Assembly: GCA_963740315.1 (NCBI GenBank) | Contig: CAVUDP010000001.1 | Span: 294,766 to 358,765 of the forward strand | Direction: 5' to 3' | DNA length: 64,000 nucleotides | Source: an uncultured cyanobacterium | Lineage (GTDB): Bacteria; Cyanobacteriota; Cyanobacteriia; Cyanobacteriales; Nostocaceae | In this document: one piece after another, positions 47,239-57,599 of the stretch | Position numbering within the stretch: position 1 is the stretch's first letter | Layout: the number at the start of each line of letters is the position of its first letter | Made by a program: the position numbers and the translations under genes | The notes under the pieces: model-generated | The model's input: the letters and a program-made list of their open reading frames with translations, nothing else | Databases searched by the model: none | What the model was told of the DNA's origin: nothing

Positions 47239-48534
47239 TTAAAGTTTATCTAATTCTTCACATACCAATTGAGATAACTTAGCAGCAGCACCAGTATCAC
47301 CCCTCGCGCTCCTCAAATTTGCACGCATATCAGCTAATTTGTGAGGATTTTGCAAATAATCAATCGCAATATCTCCAACTTCTGACGGTTGTAACTTCCC
47401 GACTAACTCCGGGACAATTTCCTTTTGTGCCCATATATTAGGCCATGCTAACAAACCTTTGCGTCGAAGAAAAAACCAATTTATCAACTTAGCAAAACCA
47501 GAACCCATTAAAGGTAAATTGGCTAACAATCCAGGAATACCATCCCAAGAGCGCATTGCATCCAATTGTTGGGTAGGAAGTAAAACAATCATTGGTACAG
47601 CTAAAGAACCAAGCTCGGCAGTATTAGCACCGACAGTAGTTAAGCAGATACTGCATTTAGATAATGTATCGTAAGCAGGATGTTCTAAAGATAGTTCGAC
47701 TTGCAAACCTGTTGATGTTTGTAAATAAGGCTTTTCTGAATCAACTAAGTAAGCCGATACTCCTCCGAAATACTGTGACATCGGATTTTTTTGTGCATCT
47801 GCGAAACTAGCCAAAGTTTGTAAATCTAAAGTTGGAGCAACGGGGATGAAGAACTTTGTTTGTGGTAGCTTATTGTGGATATGTTGCGCGATCGCTAAAC
47901 TCAAAGGGACACCTTGAGCAAGTTTAGCCGCTTTAGAGCCAGGTAAAATTCCAACCAGTTCAATTTTAGATTTTAGATTTTGGATTTTGGATTCTGAAGT
48001 TAAATCTTCCCCCTCTTCCCCCTCTACCCCCTCTCCCCCTCTCTCTTCCCCCCCAGCTTCCGCCATCAGATCGCCGACAACGGTAAATTTGTCAACATAC
48101 TTAGGGCTAATCTTCGCAGCAACTTCGGGTTTCATCACCCCAAAACGGTTAATTAAAGAATGCCATCTTGCTTCCCATTCAGCGTAAATTACAGTACGAT
48201 AATTCAATCTTTTACCAATTACCACGGGAAAAAATTGGTCGCCACCCAAGAATAATACAACACCTTTATCTCGCCAATCCCAATTATCGGCAGTTTTTCC
48301 AGTTAGTAGAAATGGAAAGAAATTTTGTGCAGCTTGTACTCTATCTACTTCCGGATAAGAAAGAGCAATATCAGCTTCCTTGCCGCTAGCATTAGCACAA
48401 GGAGATAAAACAACCGAAATTCTGACTCGATCGCGATCGTTACCCAGCTTTTCGCGTAATGATTTTACTACAGGACGTACCCAAGTTGTGATTTCACCGG
48501 GACCATTGGAAAGAATAAGAATATCAAACATCAA
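47239..48534 (-). CDS. lpxB: Lipid-A-disaccharide synthase-like glycosyltransferase (LpxB-like, GT19)
   Basis: N-terminus MMFDILILSNGPGEITTWVRPVV… resembles cyanobacterial LpxB-type proteins. This assignment is from family resemblance only. Confidence 0.65.
   Translation of the reverse strand: MMFDILILSNGPGEITTWVRPVVKSLREKLGNDRDRVRISVVLSPCANASGKEADIALSYPEVDRVQAAQNFFPFLLTGKTADNWDWRDKGVVLFLGGDQFFPVVIGKRLNYRTVIYAEWEARWHSLINRFGVMKPEVAAKISPKYVDKFTVVGDLMAEAGGEERGGEGVEGEEGEDLTSESKIQNLKSKIELVGILPGSKAAKLAQGVPLSLAIAQHIHNKLPQTKFFIPVAPTLDLQTLASFADAQKNPMSQYFGGVSAYLVDSEKPYLQTSTGLQVELSLEHPAYDTLSKCSICLTTVGANTAELGSLAVPMIVLLPTQQLDAMRSWDGIPGLLANLPLMGSGFAKLINWFFLRRKGLLAWPNIWAQKEIVPELVGKLQPSEVGDIAIDYLQNPHKLADMRANLRSARGDTGAAAKLSQLVCEELDKL
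48010..48050. repeat. CCCCCTCT-type STRR tract inside the lpxB-like coding sequence
   Basis: It encodes the acidic, Gly/Glu-rich insert …GGEERGGEGVEGEEGED… in frame. Confidence 0.75.
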
Positions 48535-48578
48535 ATTTCAGTGAGCAGTGAACAGTTAACAGTAATAATATTCTTTTA

Positions 48579-48649
48579 TTTGTAGGGTGTGTGACGCTGC
48601 GAGATATGTTGAACGTAGTTACCAATATGAAGATAGCGTCACGCACCAA
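48579..48649. repeat. MITE-like element TTTGTAGGGTGTGTGACGCTGCGAG…ATAGCGTCACGCACCAAT
   Basis: Same terminal motif family as 16691 and 17146. Internal inverted repeat gtgacgct/agcgtcac. Confidence 0.65.
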
Positions 48650-48714
48650 TAATACGATAGTAATAATAATGTAATTTTCTTAAATCATTTATCCTGCAAA
48701 TACTAAATTAAATA

Positions 48715-48930
48715 ATGCCCTATGATAATTTCTCACTTTCACGAGTAAAACGCGAATTTAGTTTAACCACAGTTGAAAACCAAAGTTTTTTTCCAGATAT
48801 TTCACCAATCGAACCCAGCTTTTATTTAAAAGAAGCCTTAAGTGAAGGATTACCACTCGCGATCGCAACAGGTTCAGAAAAAGCACGTTCGGAATTAATT
48901 ATTAGTCCAATTCTTGTAGAAGTTAGATAA
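48715..48930 (+). CDS. Hypothetical 71-aa ORF, possibly a truncated gene remnant
   Basis: The ORF ends in a cluster of hairpin repeats (gtccacctgcgtggac, cccaccttacggtggg) at 48940-49060. Confidence 0.3.
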   Translation: MPYDNFSLSRVKREFSLTTVENQSFFPDISPIEPSFYLKEALSEGLPLAIATGSEKARSELIISPILVEVR

Positions 48931-49072
48931 TACCATTACCGGCGGTTGAAACCGCGTCTACATAGGCAAAGTCCACCTGCGTGGACTAATAATTAAACCC
49001 ACCTTACGGTGGGTTTCGCTTGTGTAGCCGCGATTGAAATCGCCAGGTTCAACAATATTTAAATTAATTTAA

Positions 49073-50275
49073 TCACGTATGCGTCAACCTACTCCGAATC
49101 CCAACCCAATCCCCAGTATCAATCTTACCAACTATATATATATCAATTTCAACATCACCAATCCAATAAATTTTTATATCTTGAAAACGAGTTTTGACAA
49201 TATGAGATAATCTCTGATTTCTGTTATAAGATTCGGGATAATTAATTTTATCATCTTCATCATTTTCGCCAAAGAAACCTTCTGTTCCAAAATCACCGTC
49301 TTCATAATCGGAGTAAAAATGCATCATATAAGAAGATTTTAAGAGATTATGCAGTAAATTATCTTTAGTTTCTGCAATTTCCCAGGCAAAAAGTTCTGCA
49401 TAATAGTAAAACTTTTCTTGAGAAAAAATGGCTAATGTATCTATGTTTTTTAGAACAGATACTAATGCAGCGTGTTCAGTTTTGTTAGATGCATTATCTT
49501 CTATTCTACCGAATGGCTCCCTACCGCCTCTTTCTATATTGACAGTAGGACATATACCAATCCAATCTCCTGTCTGGGTGTTTCCAATCAACATAGGTAA
49601 AGGCTCATATTCTAACCATTGCATACAAGCTTTAAAGTAATAATATGTATGCTTGGTAATATAGGATTTTAATTGTTGAAATATAAAGCTGAATTCCTCA
49701 ACGGGAAATTTATTTTCTAAAAAATCAATTGAATCAACTTCTACAAGAAAACCCGCAGCTTCTAAAAACTTTTCTAAGGTAAAATCACCTCTCGATGCAG
49801 TATCCCACATAAACACATCATAAGGATGAGAGCATTCTGTATTATGGTTGTTATGAAGTCCTCGTGTTAATTCTCTAATTTCCGCAACTAATTCTGTATT
49901 AGCATTGTTAGATTCATCTACTAAAAGCAAATGGTGACTCGCTACATTAATTGCTGCTTGTATATTTGTACCGATTAAATTAGCACCAATTAATTCAGTA
50001 AATTTTAAATTTGTATTAGTTAGAATTGCATTTCTTAAATTCGCTTCTTGTAAATCAGCATGACTTAAATTTGAACCACTTAAATCAGCTTCAGATAAAT
50101 CAACTCGATAAAAAGAAGCATTACTCAGATTGACATTAACCAATTTAGCTTTATGTAAAATGACATCAGATAAACTAATATTACTTAAATCCGCATCTCG
50201 AATTTCAATACCCGAAAAATCTCTTTCCCCATCCTTATATCGTTGTCGAAATTCTTCCACATCCATAAGGTACAT
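49073..50275 (-). CDS. Pentapeptide-repeat protein with an uncharacterised ~250-aa C-terminal domain
   Basis: The N-terminal 110 aa is tandem A(D/N)LXX pentapeptides (…ADLSGSNLSHADLQEANLRNAILTNTNLKF…). The C-terminal domain has no recognised motif. Confidence 0.8.
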   Translation of the reverse strand: MYLMDVEEFRQRYKDGERDFSGIEIRDADLSNISLSDVILHKAKLVNVNLSNASFYRVDLSEADLSGSNLSHADLQEANLRNAILTNTNLKFTELIGANLIGTNIQAAINVASHHLLLVDESNNANTELVAEIRELTRGLHNNHNTECSHPYDVFMWDTASRGDFTLEKFLEAAGFLVEVDSIDFLENKFPVEEFSFIFQQLKSYITKHTYYYFKACMQWLEYEPLPMLIGNTQTGDWIGICPTVNIERGGREPFGRIEDNASNKTEHAALVSVLKNIDTLAIFSQEKFYYYAELFAWEIAETKDNLLHNLLKSSYMMHFYSDYEDGDFGTEGFFGENDEDDKINYPESYNRNQRLSHIVKTRFQDIKIYWIGDVEIDIYIVGKIDTGDWVGIRSRLTHT

Positions 50276-50618
50276 CCTAAATTCTCTGTAAAAACGCTAC
50301 CTTTATAACCTACATAACCAAACTTAAAAATAAAATCTCTTTCTTACCTCCTTACCCCTTTGCGTAAACCTCAGCGTCCCTTTACGTTTAAAAAAATAAT
50401 ATTCATCCACAACCAAATAACCAACCATGAATATTACAAATAATTTACTAAATGTGAGTAAGCACACCAAAAAAACGTAAAGTAATGTAAAGCAAAAATT
50501 GTTTAAATTTATCGAATTGTGTCAGTTAGACGACGAAAACGTCCATAACTAGGCAATTTCTGATAAAAAACATTTAGTGCCGAACCAGAGAACACGCATC
50601 ATAGGAGCGAGGAAACGT

Positions 50619-53600
50619 ATGTTTACTCACGTCAAGTCCACCATTAGACACATCAAGCCTGATAACCTCGAAGGGCGACATTTAATTAAGGTGGTCTATG
50701 TCGTGTTAGAGTCCCAGTATCAAAGTGCTTTGTCACAAGCGGTACGGACTATAAACGATAATCACCCCAACATTGCGATTGAAATTAGCGGTTATTTGAT
50801 TGAGGAACTCCGCTCTCCTGAGAATTACGAGGAGTTTAAAAAAGAGTTAGAGACTACGAATGTTTTTATCGCTTCACTTATTTTTATTGAAGATTTAGCG
50901 ACTAAGGTAGTTGCAGCAGTGCAACCCCATCGCGATAAGTTTGATGTAGCTGTATGTTTCCCTTCGATGCCGGAAGTTATGCGTCTGAATAAGATGGGTA
51001 GTTTTTCCTTGGCGAATTTGGGACAATCCAAAAGTGCGATCGCGCAGTTTATGAAGAAGCGCAAGGAGAAATCCGGTTCTTCTTTCCAAGATGGAATGTT
51101 GAAGCTGCTGAATACTTTGCCTTCTGTATTAAAGTATTTGCCGGTGGAAAAGGCTCAAGATGCTCGTAATTTCATGTTGAGTTTTCAGTATTGGTTGGGA
51201 GGATCTTCCGAGAATTTGGAAAACTTCTTATTAATGCTGGCTGATAAATATGTTTTAAAAGATGTTGATAAAAGCAATTTTGCATCTGTAGAAGAATATC
51301 AACTGCCGGTTGTTTATCCCGACATGGGAATTTGGCATCCTTTGGCGACAACGATGTTTGAGGATGTAAAAGAGTATCTTAACTGGTATAATAGCCGCCC
51401 AGATATTTCTCCAGATTTAAAAGATCCCTTAGCCCCTTGTGTGGGTTTAGTATTGCAGCGGACTCACTTGGTAACTGGTGATGATGCTCATTATGTGGCG
51501 ATCGTCCAGGAATTGGAAGCGATGGGAGCTAAGGTAATTCCCGTTTTTGCTGGCGGTTTGGACTTTTCTAAGCCGGTAGATGCTTATTTTTACGAAACTT
51601 CTGCGTTAGCGAAAGGTGATAAGCAAGGAACTACTTTAATTGATGCTGTAGTATCTTTGACAGGATTTGCGCTTGTAGGTGGACCAGCCAGACAAGACCA
51701 CCCGAAAGCGATTGAGTCGTTGAAGCGGTTGAATCGTCCGTATATGGTTGCCTTACCTTTGGTATTCCAAACTACCGAAGAGTGGATGGAAAGCGATTTG
51801 GGATTGCACCCGATTCAGGTGGCTTTGCAAATTGCCATACCGGAATTAGATGGTGCGATCGAGCCGATAATTTTATCTGGTAAAGATGGCGCAACCGGAA
51901 AGGCGATCGCTCTCCAAGATCGAGTTGAAACGGTAGCGAAACGGGCGATGAAATGGGCGAATTTGCGCCGCAAGCCCAAGTTAAATAAGAAGGTAGCGAT
52001 TACTGTATTTAGCTTCCCACCGGATAAAGGTAATGTCGGAACCGCAGCATATTTAGATGTATTCGGTTCGATATTCGAGGTAATGAAGGCTTTAAAAAAT
52101 AATGGCTACGATTTACCCGAATTACCTGCAAGTGCTAAAGAGTTGATGGAACAAGTGATCCACGATGTACAAGCACAGTATGCAAGTCCGGAATTAAACG
52201 TTGCTTATCGGATGTCGGTTCCGGAATACGAGGAATTAACACCATATTCCCACCGTTTGGAAGAAAATTGGGGTCCACCTCCGGGAAATCTCAACAGCGA
52301 CGGACAGAATTTATTAGTATACGGGAAGCATTTCGGTAACTTATTTATTGGTGTACAGCCAACCTTTGGTTATGAAGGCGATCCGATGCGGTTGTTATTT
52401 TCCCGCTCTGCAAGTCCCCACCACGGTTTTGCGGCTTACTATACATACCTGGAAAAAATTTGGGGTGCTGATGCGGTACTTCACTTCGGTACTCACGGCT
52501 CCTTGGAATTTATGCCAGGAAAGCAAATGGGAATGTCGGGTGATTGTTATCCCGATAGTTTAATTGGTACGATTCCCAACTTGTATTATTACGCTGCAAA
52601 TAATCCGAGTGAAGCGACAATTGCCAAACGTCGCAGCTATGCGGAAACGATATCTTATTTAACACCCCCCGCAGAAAACGCCGGTTTATACAAAGGTTTG
52701 AAAGAATTAAGCGAACTAATTGGTTCCTACCAAACCCTCAAAGATACCGGAAGGGGAGTTGCGATCGTTGATACCATCATGGATAAAGCCCGGATGGTGA
52801 ATTTAGATAAAGATATCGACTTCCCCGAAGACAGTTGCAAGGATATGTCCGCAGAAGAGCGCGATAATATCGTTGGTAGCGTCTACCGTCGGTTGATGGA
52901 GATAGAATCGCGACTGTTGCCATGTGGATTACACGTAGTTGGGAAGCCGCCCACGGCAGAGGAAGCAATAGCTACTTTGGTTAATATAGCTGAGTTAGAT
53001 CGAGAAGAGTCAGAACTGATTAGCTTACCAAGGATTATAGCCAACAGTATCGGACGCGACATTGAGGAGATTTACCGCAACAGCGACAAAGGTATTTTAG
53101 AAGATGTGGAATTGCTGCAACACATCACTTTAACCACCCGCGAAACTGTTGGAGCATTAGTTCAAGCGCAAATCGACGCAGAAGGTAGAGTTTCCCTAGT
53201 TTCCAAGTTGAACTTTTTCAATATGGGTAAAAAGGAACCTTGGGTAGAAGCTTTGCATCAAGCAGGTTATCCCAAAGTTGATAAGGAAGCCTTGAAACCC
53301 TTATTTGAATACTTGGAATTCTGCCTGCAACAGGTTTGTGCGGATAACGAATTAGGCGCATTACTCAAAGGATTAGAAGGAGAATACGTCCTACCAGGTC
53401 CCGGAGGAGATCCAATTCGTAACCCCGACGTACTCCCCACGGGTAAAAATATTCACGCTCTAGACCCGCAATCAATCCCCACAATGGCAGCGGTGAAATC
53501 TGCGAAAGTTGTTGTAGATAGATTGTTAGATAGACAAATGCGCGACAACGGCGGCGAATATCCCGAAACCATCGCCTGTGTATTATGGGGAACCGACAAT

Positions 53601-54629
53601 ATTAAAACCTACGGGGAATCACTAGCACAGATAATGTGGATGGTAGGCGTGCGCCCGGTTCCAGATGCTTTGGGAAGAGTGAACAAGTTAGAATTGGTAC
53701 CTTTAGAAGAGTTGGGCAGACCGAGAATCGACGTAGTAATCAACTGTTCCGGAGTATTCCGCGACTTGTTTATTAACCAAATGAACTTGTTAGATCAAGG
53801 GGTGAAAATGGCAGCAGAAGCCGACGAAGCCTTAGAAATGAACTTTGTTCGCAAACACGCACTCAAGCAAGCCGAAGAGATGGGAATTAATTTGCGTCAA
53901 GCAGCAACCCGCGTATTTTCCAACGCTTCCGGCTCCTATTCTTCCAACATCAACTTAGCGGTGGAAAATAGTACTTGGGAAAACGAAGGGGAATTGCAGG
54001 AAATGTACCTTAAACGTAAATCCTTTGCATTCACCGCAGATAATCCAGGAATGATGGAAAACTCGCGGGAAATCTTTGAAAGTGCCTTGCAAACCGCCGA
54101 TGTCACCTTCCAAAACTTAGATTCCTCGGAAATTAGTTTAACCGACGTTTCCCACTACTACGATTCCGATCCCACCAAAGTAGTAGCGAGTTTGCGGAAA
54201 GATGGTAAAAAGCCAGTAGCCTACATGGCAGATACCACCACAGCAAATGCACAAGTTCGTACTTTGTCGGAAACCGTGCGCTTGGATTCTCGAACTAAAT
54301 TGTTGAATCCGAAGTGGTATGAAGGAATGTTATCTCACGGTTACGAAGGTGTGAGGGAGTTATCTAAGCGTTTGGTTAATACCGTGGGTTGGAGTGCGAC
54401 AGCGGATGCGGTAGATAATTGGGTTTATGAAGATACCAATGACACCTTTATGAAAGATAAGGAAATGCAGGAAAGGTTGTTGAACTTGAATCCGCATTCC
54501 TTTAGAAAGATGGTGACTTCTTTGTTGGAAGCCAATGGTAGAGGTTATTGGGATACAGATGAAAGTAACTTAGATAAGTTGCGGGAATTGTATCAGCAAG
54601 TTGAGGATAAGATTGAAGGGATTGAGTAG
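50619..54629 (+). CDS. chlH: Magnesium chelatase subunit H
   Basis: N-terminus [20 protein letters not shown]… and its ~1335-aa length match ChlH/CobN family conservation along the whole protein. The ORF-track start at 50577 is likely an upstream extension. Confidence 0.9.
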   Translation: MFTHVKSTIRHIKPDNLEGRHLIKVVYVVLESQYQSALSQAVRTINDNHPNIAIEISGYLIEELRSPENYEEFKKELETTNVFIASLIFIEDLATKVVAAVQPHRDKFDVAVCFPSMPEVMRLNKMGSFSLANLGQSKSAIAQFMKKRKEKSGSSFQDGMLKLLNTLPSVLKYLPVEKAQDARNFMLSFQYWLGGSSENLENFLLMLADKYVLKDVDKSNFASVEEYQLPVVYPDMGIWHPLATTMFEDVKEYLNWYNSRPDISPDLKDPLAPCVGLVLQRTHLVTGDDAHYVAIVQELEAMGAKVIPVFAGGLDFSKPVDAYFYETSALAKGDKQGTTLIDAVVSLTGFALVGGPARQDHPKAIESLKRLNRPYMVALPLVFQTTEEWMESDLGLHPIQVALQIAIPELDGAIEPIILSGKDGATGKAIALQDRVETVAKRAMKWANLRRKPKLNKKVAITVFSFPPDKGNVGTAAYLDVFGSIFEVMKALKNNGYDLPELPASAKELMEQVIHDVQAQYASPELNVAYRMSVPEYEELTPYSHRLEENWGPPPGNLNSDGQNLLVYGKHFGNLFIGVQPTFGYEGDPMRLLFSRSASPHHGFAAYYTYLEKIWGADAVLHFGTHGSLEFMPGKQMGMSGDCYPDSLIGTIPNLYYYAANNPSEATIAKRRSYAETISYLTPPAENAGLYKGLKELSELIGSYQTLKDTGRGVAIVDTIMDKARMVNLDKDIDFPEDSCKDMSAEERDNIVGSVYRRLMEIESRLLPCGLHVVGKPPTAEEAIATLVNIAELDREESELISLPRIIANSIGRDIEEIYRNSDKGILEDVELLQHITLTTRETVGALVQAQIDAEGRVSLVSKLNFFNMGKKEPWVEALHQAGYPKVDKEALKPLFEYLEFCLQQVCADNELGALLKGLEGEYVLPGPGGDPIRNPDVLPTGKNIHALDPQSIPTMAAVKSAKVVVDRLLDRQMRDNGGEYPETIACVLWGTDNIKTYGESLAQIMWMVGVRPVPDALGRVNKLELVPLEELGRPRIDVVINCSGVFRDLFINQMNLLDQGVKMAAEADEALEMNFVRKHALKQAEEMGINLRQAATRVFSNASGSYSSNINLAVENSTWENEGELQEMYLKRKSFAFTADNPGMMENSREIFESALQTADVTFQNLDSSEISLTDVSHYYDSDPTKVVASLRKDGKKPVAYMADTTTANAQVRTLSETVRLDSRTKLLNPKWYEGMLSHGYEGVRELSKRLVNTVGWSATADAVDNWVYEDTNDTFMKDKEMQERLLNLNPHSFRKMVTSLLEANGRGYWDTDESNLDKLRELYQQVEDKIEGIE

Positions 54630-54673
54630 TTTATTGCTGATTGAATCAGTTATAAACGTTTAAATATAAACAA

Positions 54674-54704
54674 TGTAGAGACGTAGCAGTGCTACGTCTC
54701 TACA
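54674..54704. repeat. Perfect 31-bp palindrome TGTAGAGACGTAGCAGTGCTACGTCTCTACA
   Basis: It lies 45 bp downstream of the chlH stop. Possible terminator or small mobile hairpin element. Confidence 0.85.
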
Positions 54705-54774
54705 ATTTTATGGCGAAAACTTATAAATAAATAATTCGCTTTAACTCAAATATCATAGGAATAGGTTATTAGCT

Positions 54775-55092
54775 TTATTGTTGGTATGATTTTAATTTTT
54801 GAAAGAAGTTATTGTGGAAATAGCGCATAGCAAAAACTTCATTACTATCTGCTTTAATCGCTCGACTAGATGAAAAGCCCTCAATAGGCTTAGTTTTAGA
54901 TAAGAAATCTAAATTATTATCAGATTTCGTTTTAAGCGGAAAAATAACTTCTGCTAATTTTTGTACAGTGAAGCTATAATCATTTTCTTCAGCAATTTTA
55001 ACAATCAAATTAGGGTCAGTTATATTTTTTATCTTTTCCTGCAAATCTGGATTTACAGGAACTTGTTGAAGAAATTTAGTAATTTTAGACAT
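54775..55092 (-). CDS. Nif11-domain protein (105 aa; Nif11-type leader-like N-terminus)
   Basis: MSKITKFLQQVPVNPDLQEKIKNITDPNLIVKIAEENDYSFTVQKLAE matches the Nif11 (PF07862-type) pattern LQEKLK…IVxIAxExGYxFT. No GG cleavage motif. The C-terminal half has no Cys. Confidence 0.55.
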   Translation of the reverse strand: MSKITKFLQQVPVNPDLQEKIKNITDPNLIVKIAEENDYSFTVQKLAEVIFPLKTKSDNNLDFLSKTKPIEGFSSSRAIKADSNEVFAMRYFHNNFFQKLKSYQQ

Positions 55093-55367
55093 TTAGATTA
55101 TAAAAATTTAGTAAAAACTACCTAATCCTACAAGTGCAAGGTAAAAATTGAATATGAGTAATAACCGAATATATCAGTAGTAGTGTTACTACATCCAACT
55201 AATTTATTGAGTTATTAGCAGTGCTTTAGCGCTTTGTAATTAATCATAAAGCAGTATTGCTATTTTTTATATACTCAGTAATTTAACCCATAATATATCG
55301 GTCATGAATAAGTTAAAAAAGTAACATAAACAAACTCTATTTGTAAAATATCCTTTGAGGAAAATAA

Positions 55368-56657
55368 ATGACTTTGACTATCCCTGGTATGAAGGGACAG
55401 ATGGGTAATACTGAATTCTACCAAGCAACAATGAAGGTTCGCGAGTTAGTACAAGGAATCCGTCCTGCTAAAGACCTCGACGAATGGGCAAGCATGAGTA
55501 TAGAGGATAGGTTACAACGCGAACCAGACATAAAGCGAATTGAGGCGGAAATTGCTCCATACATTGCAGAAGCAAAAGACCGTTTTTTCGGTGCAATGAT
55601 TGTCCTTGTTTATAAAGGTAAAATTGACTTTGAAAGTCTTCAGAACTGGGTATCTAATAAAGCTCCGCGTGTTTACCAATTGCTGACAGATAAGATAGGT
55701 GTAATTACCATTGATGGTGGTTCTTTGATTATGCTTGATGGACAGCACCGTCTTCTAGCTCTTGAAAAGGTCGTCAAAAATGAGGTAAAAGGTGAATATC
55801 GGGAAGAAGTACCAAACGATGATGTTTGCGTTATTTTTATCGATCATGAGAGCAATGAAAAAACTCGCCGGATTTTTAATAAAGTAAATCGTTACGCTAA
55901 ACCTACTAGTCGTGGTGATAATATCATCACCAGTGAAGATGACCGAAGCGCTATAATTGCGCGTAAATTGCTCAACGATGGCGCACCACTTGGTTTGAAG
56001 GTAAAAGGTAGCAGTGATGTGATTGTTGAATGGAAAAATAATACTATTCCAGCTAAAAGTCCAAAGTTGACAACCATAAGTGTTGTATATGAAACAGTAA
56101 AGCTTATTCTTTCTAATGAAGAAATACCACTTGATCCAAATGCTCGACCTTCAGAAGAAGAAATTCAGCAATACTATGAGTTAGTAGAAAAGTTTTGGAA
56201 TGTTGTTTTAGAGGGATTACAAGCTTATCAAGAAGCACTTGCTAACTGTAGCGAAATCCCACAAATGCGTAAAGATGACCATCCATACTCGCTGCTATTT
56301 AAGTCAGCAGCGCAGATTGCTTTGTTTAAAGGGCTAATTTCTGCAACAAGTAAAGACCGCTTAAGTTTAGAAGAAGCAATGCAAAGAGCCAATCAAATTG
56401 ACTGGGCTATTTCCTCACCAATTTGGAAAAATGTGCTTGTAAATCCTGGTGGAAATATTATGAGAGCGCAAAAAGCACAAAGCTTAGGAGGAAAACTGAT
56501 TGCTTATCTCATTGCTGCGGATAAGATGACGCAAAAAGAAATTGATGTTATTCAACGAGAATACAATAGCGCACAGGGAACAGATATTGTTGAGTTAATA
56601 CCTTTACCTAAACCTATAGTAGAACCAGTTTTAGAAACAGTAGAAGCTTCTGCATAA
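55368..56657 (+). CDS. DGQHR-domain protein (DndB-like, ParB/sulfiredoxin superfamily), standalone
   Basis: N-terminus …QMGNTEFYQATMKVRELV… and the motif GGSLIMLDGQHRLLAL match the DGQHR/DndB family. 429 aa. The C-terminal ~200 aa is helical. Confidence 0.75.
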   Translation: MTLTIPGMKGQMGNTEFYQATMKVRELVQGIRPAKDLDEWASMSIEDRLQREPDIKRIEAEIAPYIAEAKDRFFGAMIVLVYKGKIDFESLQNWVSNKAPRVYQLLTDKIGVITIDGGSLIMLDGQHRLLALEKVVKNEVKGEYREEVPNDDVCVIFIDHESNEKTRRIFNKVNRYAKPTSRGDNIITSEDDRSAIIARKLLNDGAPLGLKVKGSSDVIVEWKNNTIPAKSPKLTTISVVYETVKLILSNEEIPLDPNARPSEEEIQQYYELVEKFWNVVLEGLQAYQEALANCSEIPQMRKDDHPYSLLFKSAAQIALFKGLISATSKDRLSLEEAMQRANQIDWAISSPIWKNVLVNPGGNIMRAQKAQSLGGKLIAYLIAADKMTQKEIDVIQREYNSAQGTDIVELIPLPKPIVEPVLETVEASA

Positions 56658-57005
56658 TTTTATAAATTACTAGCTTCATATTTTTTAATTGCTTTTGCTG
56701 GGAACTGCTATTACTGTAGTTTTCAGCAAAAAAGAAAATGGCGATCGCTCTACAACACAAATTAATCTTTTTCTCGTAAGCTGCTGTGAATCGTAGGTTG
56801 GGTTAGACACGAATTGCAAATTAAACTTGAAACGAGAATTTATCTATCGTGTTGTAACCCAACATCACGGTTGTGAATAAACAATATTGTCCTTCCCCAA
56901 ATGCAAGATATTGTATAACACCAATAATGAAATGTTGGGTTACGGCGCAATTTAATTACTAATAAACAACTATTTTCTCTGTGCGCCTAACCCAACCTAC
57001 TATCT

Positions 57006-57521
57006 ATACAAGAATAATCTAAGCCCGTGCAGACGGGCTTTGTTCCTGTAGCCCCACTATAAGGAGGGTGAGGGCGTTTTTGTTAATTACGAGAAGTGCA
57101 ATATTCAGAAAACCTCACCAATGCGATCGCGCTTCTCTTGATATCTTCAGATGATATCATCGACAAAAGCTGGAATCGAACTATGATGACTTACAAAGGC
57201 TACTCAGCAATAATCGAAGTAGATACGGAAGCAGAAATACTATTTGGCAGAGTTATCGATATTAATGACGTAATAACATTTAAAGCGAAAACGATTGAAG
57301 AAGCGCGTCAAGAGTTTCATAATTCAGTTGATGATTATCTTGCTTATTGTGAAGATTTAGGTGAAAAACCCGATAAACCTTTTTCTGGAAAACTTCCTTT
57401 TCGTACAACTCCAGAAAATCACCGTAAAATTTTTATTGCAGCGAAAAAATCTGGTAAGAGTATTAATGCTTGGATGGATGAAGTATTAGCTAATGCCGCT
57501 GAAAAGTTTATTAATGCTTAA
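57006..57521. repeat. Segmental duplication copy A (~515 bp: hairpin GCCCGTGCAGACGGGC, promoter-like region and a hicB-family gene)
   Basis: About 90% identical to 58826-59337. Copy B has an ~30-bp insertion in the leader. Confidence 0.8.
57180..57521 (+). CDS. HicB-family antitoxin-like protein (UPF0150-type N-domain + C-terminal RHH-like DNA-binding tail)
   Basis: MMTYKGYSAIIEVDTEAEILFGRVIDINDVITFKAKTIEEARQEFHNSVDDYLAYCEDLGEKPDKPFSGKLPFRTTPENHRKIFIAAKKSGKSINAWMDEVL. This is the typical HicB / DUF1902-like architecture. The ORF-track start at 57096 lies inside the duplicated leader. Confidence 0.7.
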   Translation, partial: TMMTYKGYSAIIEVDTEAEILFGRVIDINDVITFKAKTIEEARQEFHNSVDDYLAYCEDLGEKPDKPFSGKLPFRTTPENHRKIFIAAKKSGKSINAWMDEVLANAAEKFINA

Positions 57522-57599
57522 TTGTAGGATGCTGTGACGGTTAAAAGCCATTGCGTCATAATAAAAAGTACTTCTATCCTTATTCATAATCAAAAAATC

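Noticed and set aside
47987-48187. 66-aa plus-strand ORF rich in Ser/Pro (SSPSSPSTPSPPLSSPP)
   Set aside because: It is the reverse-frame translation of the STRR tract inside the lpxB-like gene.
50825-52968. Minus-strand ORFs inside chlH (50825-51064, 50895-51089, 52777-52968) and the plus-strand ORF 52348-52563
   Set aside because: Embedded in the 1335-aa ChlH CDS. No motifs.
55512-56077. Minus-strand ORFs 55512-55748 and 55892-56077 inside the DGQHR gene
   Set aside because: Antisense to a CDS carrying the diagnostic DGQHR motif.
57096-57179. N-terminal 28-codon extension of the first hicB-like ORF (and 58743-58913 of the minus-strand ORF)
   Set aside because: Both extensions fall inside the duplicated leader/repeat DNA. 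The conserved protein starts (MMTYKGY, MTTNKSS) lie downstream, so the extensions are probably not translated.
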